From a virus: a DNA stretch of 64,000 nucleotides. The first letter of the stretch is position 1. Each line of letters opens with the position of its first letter. This document shows positions 58,785 to 64,000 of the stretch, piece by piece. Below the pieces are notes generated by a model that was not told where the DNA came from, searched no databases, and saw only the letters and a program-made list of their open reading frames with translations. The position numbers were made by a program, and so were the translations under genes. The DNA lies in IMG/VR virus record IMGVR_UViG_3300033145_000529, positions 32,001-96,000 of that record. The stretch is one strand, 5' to 3'.

Positions 58785-59787
58785 GGATATTAAGGAACTT
58801 GTTGACCTAATCTTAAAGAAAACAGACAAAATATTTGTTCCTGAAGGTAAAACGACTTGGAGATTGCCTATGGGCATCCCATCACTAGACCGTATTCTTG
58901 GTGGTGGATTTCCTGGTGGAGCAATTGTTCAGATTTATGGTCCAGAAGAAGCAGGAAAGACAACACTTGCTTATCATGTTGCGGGACAAGCGGTTAAGTT
59001 GGGGTATCCCACATTATACATTGGTTTGGAAGGGTATAGTGAGCAATATGCCAAAGCATGCGGAGTTGATGTAGATAGTGATAAATTTCACCCTGTTTCG
59101 GGGGACTTTGCTGAAGAGGTATTCAATATGTGTATTGAGGGATTACGGAACTATGACTTAAAGGTAGTAGTTATGGATTCCATCACTGCGGCTATACCTA
59201 AAGCTAATATTGAAAAAAAGCAACCTACTGATGCTATGGACAAAGGTCCAAGTCTTGGGGCAAAAGCCCGAACTGTTGGTTATTTTGTGGAACAACTACA
59301 ACACCCCATTAGAAGAAAACACGGTCTTTTTGTCACAGTAAATCAGCTTAGGTCTAATATTGGTAAATTTACTTCGGGATTAAAGCCTTCTGGTGGAATG
59401 GCTTTACAATACTACACGGATGTTAAGATTTCAATGTGGGGTAGTAAGGATAGGTCTACAGGAATCATTGAGAGTAAAGTGACCGTCAACAAAGGTAAAG
59501 AATGGGATGTCGTTCCTTGGGGTGCTACTACTTTGTATATAGAACACGGTAAAGGGATTAGTGTTAACCATGATATTATTACTATCTGTGAGAAGGTAGG
59601 TATAATTAAGAAGAGCGGTTCTTGGTATAATTACGATGATGGGAAGCAGGAGTATAAGTTCCAAGGGATAGCCAAATTTGCAGATGAGTTAGAAAATAAC
59701 TTAGCACTTCGAGAGGAACTTTATAATAAGGCTACCCAGTCACAAGTAGAGGTCGAAGTGACTGAGGAGAATGAAGATGATAAATAA
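58777..59787 (+). CDS. recA: RecA/UvsX recombinase
   Basis: GPEEAGKTT, MDS, NQLR, SGG.AL.YY, GSWY. Confidence 0.9.
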   Translation: MAKDIKELVDLILKKTDKIFVPEGKTTWRLPMGIPSLDRILGGGFPGGAIVQIYGPEEAGKTTLAYHVAGQAVKLGYPTLYIGLEGYSEQYAKACGVDVDSDKFHPVSGDFAEEVFNMCIEGLRNYDLKVVVMDSITAAIPKANIEKKQPTDAMDKGPSLGAKARTVGYFVEQLQHPIRRKHGLFVTVNQLRSNIGKFTSGLKPSGGMALQYYTDVKISMWGSKDRSTGIIESKVTVNKGKEWDVVPWGATTLYIEHGKGISVNHDIITICEKVGIIKKSGSWYNYDDGKQEYKFQGIAKFADELENNLALREELYNKATQSQVEVEVTEENEDDK

Positions 59788-59956
59788 TCTTAGTGACCTT
59801 TGGGTTAAAGCTTGTGAAGAACTTCGGTGTTTATCTAAAGATAGACCTTATATACGTAGTGAAGCCACGTTATGGGATGCTTTTAAATTTATGTATATGC
59901 GTAGAGTTAATGGGGGCAAAACAGATGGTCGCAAAGTTTATGGTGAGGTAAAATAA
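59771..59956 (+). CDS. hypothetical protein
   Basis: ORF track; coupled to next gene. Confidence 0.5.
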   Translation: MKMINNLSDLWVKACEELRCLSKDRPYIRSEATLWDAFKFMYMRRVNGGKTDGRKVYGEVK

Positions 59957-60321
59957 TGTTACCAGAAAGACCGAACATTGAAGAGTTTATAAAGCTTGTT
60001 GACGACCTTGCAGATATACAAGATGAATTAAACAAGCTGGAATATCAATACAGTAAGAAAGTTGCTACTAATGTTCGTAGTGCTATGGAACGTGGTGCAA
60101 AAACTAGGGAGCTTGATTGTGTAAAAGTTCTCGGTAATACCGAGGAAGAGCAAAAAGTTATGGATGGTTTGATGAATTCAATTCATGACAGGAAAAAAGC
60201 GGTAAGGATGTTATGGGGGAAAATAGAGGCATGGAAAGCGAAGAAGGAGCTATATAGGACTGACAGTTATCATCAGATTACTGGTAAACCTGATAAGAGT
60301 TTCTTTTCAGAAGAGGGGTAA
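59956..60321 (+). CDS. helical hypothetical protein (possible recombination mediator)
   Basis: Coiled-coil; between RecA and exonuclease. Confidence 0.55.
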   Translation: MLPERPNIEEFIKLVDDLADIQDELNKLEYQYSKKVATNVRSAMERGAKTRELDCVKVLGNTEEEQKVMDGLMNSIHDRKKAVRMLWGKIEAWKAKKELYRTDSYHQITGKPDKSFFSEEG

Positions 60322-60328
60322 GACATTT

Positions 60329-61072
60329 ATGGAAATAAGTTATACTATGCTCCATTCTTTAATGGAATGTGAATACAGTTACTACTTGAGATATGTTGAG
60401 AGAGTTCCTATTAGGGAGTCGTCAGCTTCAGTTTATGGGACTGCTGTTCACAGAGCTATACATACAGGATATGAGAATAATCTAGCTAGAGATGACTGGG
60501 CAAAGGTATTTAAACATGAATGGGTAGTTTTAACATCAAGCAAAGATATAGCTTTTTATAATGAGAACGAATATCTGAAGAAGTTCAAGGATGGGCAACA
60601 ACTTCTTTTAGATTATTATGATACATTTGTAAAAAAAGAAAAAAAACCGCCCCAAATGTTAGAATACTTTTTTGGGAGAGATAAAGCTGTAAAGCTTGGA
60701 AAGCATGTTATCATAGGAGTCCTCGACCAAATAGATGCCAGGAGTAGAATTATTGATTATAAAACTGGTATTAAACCAACACAAGCGAAGTTAGACCTTG
60801 ATTTACAGTTTACAATTTACAGCTATGCTTATAGACAACTGTTTGACCGAGAAGAAAGTGGTCTTGTTTTGAGGCATCTTGGTACTATGAAAGATATGAA
60901 AACAAAACGTACTGAAGAAGATTTTGAGCTTGTCAAGGAAGAAGTTGATAAGGTTGAGAGAAGATTGAAAGGTAAAATATTTGTTAGGAATTTAGGTAGG
61001 GGGTGTGCTAATTGTTATTTTATTGAACACTGTCTAGGCAAGGAGAGGAAAATTGGGAGAAGTTGGGCATAA
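60329..61072 (+). CDS. PD-(D/E)XK exonuclease (RecB/AddB-like)
   Basis: SY..L...C, GTAVH, GVLD, IIDYKTG, Q..IY, CANC..C. Confidence 0.88.
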   Translation: MEISYTMLHSLMECEYSYYLRYVERVPIRESSASVYGTAVHRAIHTGYENNLARDDWAKVFKHEWVVLTSSKDIAFYNENEYLKKFKDGQQLLLDYYDTFVKKEKKPPQMLEYFFGRDKAVKLGKHVIIGVLDQIDARSRIIDYKTGIKPTQAKLDLDLQFTIYSYAYRQLFDREESGLVLRHLGTMKDMKTKRTEEDFELVKEEVDKVERRLKGKIFVRNLGRGCANCYFIEHCLGKERKIGRSWA

Positions 61073-61076
61073 GATT

Positions 61077-61511
61077 ATGTCAACCCTTGTTAAAGAGTTA
61101 TTACGGAATTACTATAATATAGATGATAGCTCTAAACTTGACTTAGATATGGCAATAAAAGCTCTTATTGATAGTGGCAAGTTTAGTGAAGATGAGCGTA
61201 TCATCCTTAAGCTTACTATCGAGCAAGTTCATCATAGTGGTATTTCTAGAGTTGTGGGGCGGCAAAAGAGTGCTGTTAATGCTAAGATTAATAAGATTGC
61301 TAAGAAAATTGCTGATTATTTAGGTGCTGAATACCAAGATGAAAAGATTTTAAAAGAAGTTGAATTTAGATTAGGTCGAGCACTTACCCCTGACGAAGAA
61401 AAATTTTGTTGGAAAATTATTCGGGCTGGTCGTCCAATAAAGGGGATAAACATTTTTAACTTTAAGGCTAGGAAGTATGCAAAGAGAGGAAAGGATAAAG
61501 CAAAGGGATAG
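61077..61511 (+). CDS. HTH protein resembling sigma region 4 (transcription regulator)
   Basis: FSEDERIIL..ISRVVGRQKSAVNAKINKIAKKI. Confidence 0.55.
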   Translation: MSTLVKELLRNYYNIDDSSKLDLDMAIKALIDSGKFSEDERIILKLTIEQVHHSGISRVVGRQKSAVNAKINKIAKKIADYLGAEYQDEKILKEVEFRLGRALTPDEEKFCWKIIRAGRPIKGINIFNFKARKYAKRGKDKAKG

Positions 61512-62292
61512 GTGGGTTTGTAAAAGGTGCGGGAAGAAGTTTGAAGGTTTGGTTCTCTGTAAGTTTGACCTTACTGCTGACACTGATAATTGCTATATTA
61601 CCTTCTGTACGGAATGTTTAAAGTGGGCATTTGATAATCTAGAGGAAACAAAACAACTATGCACAAAACTTTTACGACGTAATAAGATTGTGTTGGTTGG
61701 AGATTGTCATGGCAATTTCGAGAAATTAGACGCTGTTCTGACTGCTGAAGAACCATTTGACTTTTTCATTTCGGTAGGTGATGTTGGTTCTCTAAATGAC
61801 GTAACTCCACAAAACATTTCACTAATTGAGAAGTGGCAAAATGGGTACTTTGTTCGTGGTAATCACGATGATGTGGAATTCTTCAAACCCCTTGAGATTG
61901 TGCAAACTATAAATGGGGTACAAGTAGCAGCATTAAATGGGATGCTAAAGTCACGAACGTTCCTCAAGGAACAATTAAATAATATTTCATTTCGTGAAGT
62001 TCTTTACTTATCACACTTGAACGATATTGACATATTGGTTACGCATCAACCACCAACAGGTCTATTTGGAGGAGTAGGTGAAGCTGTTCTTGAAGAGATG
62101 TTAAATTATCTCGTCCCCAAGATTTATATTTGTGGGCATATTCATAGATACAAACTGAGATTTCATCTTAAAACCTTCGTAATATCACTACCAATGATTC
62201 ATAGAGGTCATGCAGTTGCGTATTTTCAAGGTAGAGATTTGAGAAATTTAGAGGTAGTGTTGAAGAAGGGAAAGAAGTTTATTAGAGTATAA
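61477..62292 (+). CDS. metallophosphoesterase with N-terminal Zn finger
   Basis: CKRC..CTEC; GDCHG, VGD, GNHD, THQPP, GHIH. Confidence 0.88.
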   Translation: MQREERIKQRDRWVCKRCGKKFEGLVLCKFDLTADTDNCYITFCTECLKWAFDNLEETKQLCTKLLRRNKIVLVGDCHGNFEKLDAVLTAEEPFDFFISVGDVGSLNDVTPQNISLIEKWQNGYFVRGNHDDVEFFKPLEIVQTINGVQVAALNGMLKSRTFLKEQLNNISFREVLYLSHLNDIDILVTHQPPTGLFGGVGEAVLEEMLNYLVPKIYICGHIHRYKLRFHLKTFVISLPMIHRGHAVAYFQGRDLRNLEVVLKKGKKFIRV

Positions 62293-62306
62293 GGAACAAT
62301 TATATA

Positions 62307-62570
62307 ATGATAATTAGAACAGCATTTACATTCGGGGAAAACAACACTAGCAAAGATGGTATCGGCTAGACTAAACCTTAAAGGATATATTCCAGCACTG
62401 ATTCATGAGTATGCTAGGGACTATCACAAAGTGTCATGTAAGACCTAATACCGTGGCGGAGCAGTTCTTAGTGTTCTACAGACAATTGGAGCGGGAAGAT
62501 GAGATGTGCTCTAGTAGCACACAAATTATGTGTACGGATTGTCCAGTCAGGCATTGTAGTTAAAGCTTGA
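62307..62570 (+). pseudogene. NadR/AAA_28-type P-loop kinase pseudogene
   Basis: MIIRTAFT / HSGKTTLA..HEYARDY / EQFLVFYRQLERE..TDCPV across frameshifts; truncated. Confidence 0.7.
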
Positions 62571-62610
62571 CACCGAGGGAAACAGAGATTGTTGTTAAAG
62601 GAGAGGAATA

Positions 62611-62808
62611 ATGCCAGTAGATAAACTTGAAAAACTAAGAAAGACAGACATAGACCTTAGTAGCATAACATTAAATGTATTCATGCATAGAGTTATTTGT
62701 TGTTCTGAGTGCGGGGAAACTCAATTTACCTTACGTAGAGTGAGGGATAAAGAAGGCAAGAAGATTAAACCTTCGAAATTCATTTGTGTGGAGTGCTATA
62801 AAGGGTGA
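62611..62808 (+). CDS. small Zn-ribbon protein
   Basis: AGGAGAGG RBS; CSEC..CVEC. Confidence 0.7.
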   Translation: MPVDKLEKLRKTDIDLSSITLNVFMHRVICCSECGETQFTLRRVRDKEGKKIKPSKFICVECYKG

Positions 62809-63041
62809 AGAGATTATTTATAGAGTGCTCCAGTTGTCATTATATAATCTTACCGAATCCAGAGAAGATTCCTGTACTTGTTGAAGTTTTGGACAGTAAT
62901 AAACTTTACAAGTGTAAGAACTGCGATACTGTGATGGATTTTTATTCTATCCATATTTGTTATAGAGACCTCACTGACGAATGTAACGATTGCAGATTCC
63001 GTTTCTTATGTTACACAAACGATGCCACAAAAAAGGCTTGA
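62805..63041 (+). CDS. Zn-finger protein with CxxCxFRFxCYT motif
   Basis: CSSC, CKNC, CNDCRFRFLCYT. Confidence 0.7.
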   Translation: MKRLFIECSSCHYIILPNPEKIPVLVEVLDSNKLYKCKNCDTVMDFYSIHICYRDLTDECNDCRFRFLCYTNDATKKA

Positions 63042-63066
63042 CTTATTGATTGGCTTATGATACAAT
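63038..63066 (+). promoter_or_regulatory. sigma70-type promoter
   Basis: TTGACT-17-TACAAT with TG extension. Confidence 0.75.
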
Positions 63067-63083
63067 AGTAGGAGAAGTGGTAA

Positions 63084-63341
63084 ATGTTTAATAATATTAA
63101 GAATGCATATAGGGTTTTGACTAATAAATTATATGAACAATACGAACATCATGGAAGTGTTGTTTGGGTTAGAAAGGACTTAAAAGGTAAGCATAGAGAT
63201 TATTGTCTTTGTCATAGTTGCGAGAGGTTTAAACCCGCAGAAAAAAATTGTGTGACTGCTAATCTAGTGTTTGCTGTATGTAAAGAATGTGATATGGTTC
63301 TACCAGTTTGGGAATGCCCTTTCTTTGCTAAAAAGGCTTGA
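63084..63341 (+). CDS. Cys-rich hypothetical protein
   Basis: CLCHSC..C..PVWECP. Confidence 0.75.
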   Translation: MFNNIKNAYRVLTNKLYEQYEHHGSVVWVRKDLKGKHRDYCLCHSCERFKPAEKNCVTANLVFAVCKECDMVLPVWECPFFAKKA

Positions 63342-63366
63342 CAACTAGTCTTTTATGTGGTATAAT
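63338..63366 (+). promoter_or_regulatory. sigma70-type promoter
   Basis: TTGACA-17-TATAAT with TGTG extension. Confidence 0.88.
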
Positions 63367-63377
63367 ATAAGTAGAGA

Positions 63378-63827
63378 ATGAAGAAATTAGTAAAATGTAT
63401 AGATTGTGGTGTGGAGAGGTTGGTAAGAATTAGGAATGGTAAACCTGTTCATGAAAGATGTTGTAAATGTTCAAACGAATTGAAAGCGATGTTTGGTGAG
63501 AGTAACCCTAATTGGAGGGGTGGACGTATTGAACACGATGGTTATACTATGATTAGGGTTTATCCTGAAGATAGGTTTTATTGTATGGTAAAATCAGAAT
63601 CATTTCCCTATGTTATGGAGCATCGTTTATTACTGGCTGAGTCTATTGGTAGACCATTGAGACCAGATGAGAAGGTTCACCATGATAATGAGCTACGGAA
63701 GGATAATAGAGTGGCTAACTTTGAATTGACAGATAATGGTGGTCATGCTGTCATTCATAATTTGGGGCATCATCCCAAAGCAAATCGGATTCCACCAAAT
63801 AATTTTGGTAAGAGGTACAATAAGTGA
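63378..63827 (+). CDS. HNH homing endonuclease
   Basis: NPNWRGG, EHRL..IGRPL..EKVHHDN..DNR..N..H. Confidence 0.88.
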   Translation: MKKLVKCIDCGVERLVRIRNGKPVHERCCKCSNELKAMFGESNPNWRGGRIEHDGYTMIRVYPEDRFYCMVKSESFPYVMEHRLLLAESIGRPLRPDEKVHHDNELRKDNRVANFELTDNGGHAVIHNLGHHPKANRIPPNNFGKRYNK

Positions 63828-64000
63828 AAATTAGTCAGGCATTACAAGCACAAAAAGCTCTCAATGCGGAGATTTCACACTTGAGAGGGTTAGAGTCCCA
63901 AAAAGCATGGTCGTATAGGTCATTAGAGACACCTAACGCTGAAATGAAATCAAATTTTGATTTTGACAAGAACCATGAGACCATCAAGAAACTGTCCCGT
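63824..64000 (+). CDS. partial hypothetical protein (DIP1984-like N-terminus), runs off the window
   Basis: GTG start overlapping the previous stop; MKISQALQAQKALNAEISHLR. Confidence 0.55.
   Translation, partial: MKISQALQAQKALNAEISHLRGLESQKAWSYRSLETPNAEMKSNFDFDKNHETIKKLSR

Noticed and set aside
60329-61072. Cas4/CRISPR system
   Set aside because: No repeat-spacer array or other cas genes; the context (RecA, resolvase) indicates a recombination exonuclease
334-61583. All minus-strand ORFs in the track
   Set aside because: They lie antisense to well-supported + strand genes or remnants, lack RBS and motifs, and look like shadow ORFs
62567-62600. Promoter at TTGACA 62567
   Set aside because: No -10 hexamer at 16-18 bp; probably a deletion relic
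1-64000. Stop-codon reassignment
   Set aside because: Core genes are full length in code 11 and end in TAA, TAG and TGA; broken genes show frameshifts/deletions rather than in-frame stops

Overview
64 kb segment of a large, AT-rich, tailed dsDNA bacteriophage (siphovirus-type, tape measure 1198 aa). All real genes are on the + strand. Order: tmRNA; early/accessory genes (PD-(D/E)XK-like nuclease, ClpP, dUTPase, class II RNR); terminase and portal; an ~11.4 kb nucleotide-sugar/glycosyltransferase island (rmlACDB, five GT2, radical SAM, methyltransferase, oxidoreductase, GNAT, DegT aminotransferase); head, neck and tail genes with two interspersed GT4 genes; a replication/recombination module (SSB, primase, DnaB, resolvase, ThyX, RNase H, DUF5664, PolA, dCMP deaminase, RecA, RecB-like nuclease); promoter-driven small genes. 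The host is bacterial (tmRNA, sigma70 promoters) and probably anaerobic. Best candidate for an undescribed system: a self-sufficient virion-glycosylation pathway inside the morphogenesis operon, together with a Ser-Gly dipeptide excess in outer virion proteins (candidate O-glycosylation sequon). Also notable: a tmRNA with a 39-codon tag near a phage ClpP, a GATC cluster in a GATC-depleted genome, and many accessory genes collapsed by internal deletion. Product calls come from motif recognition only; no database searches were run.
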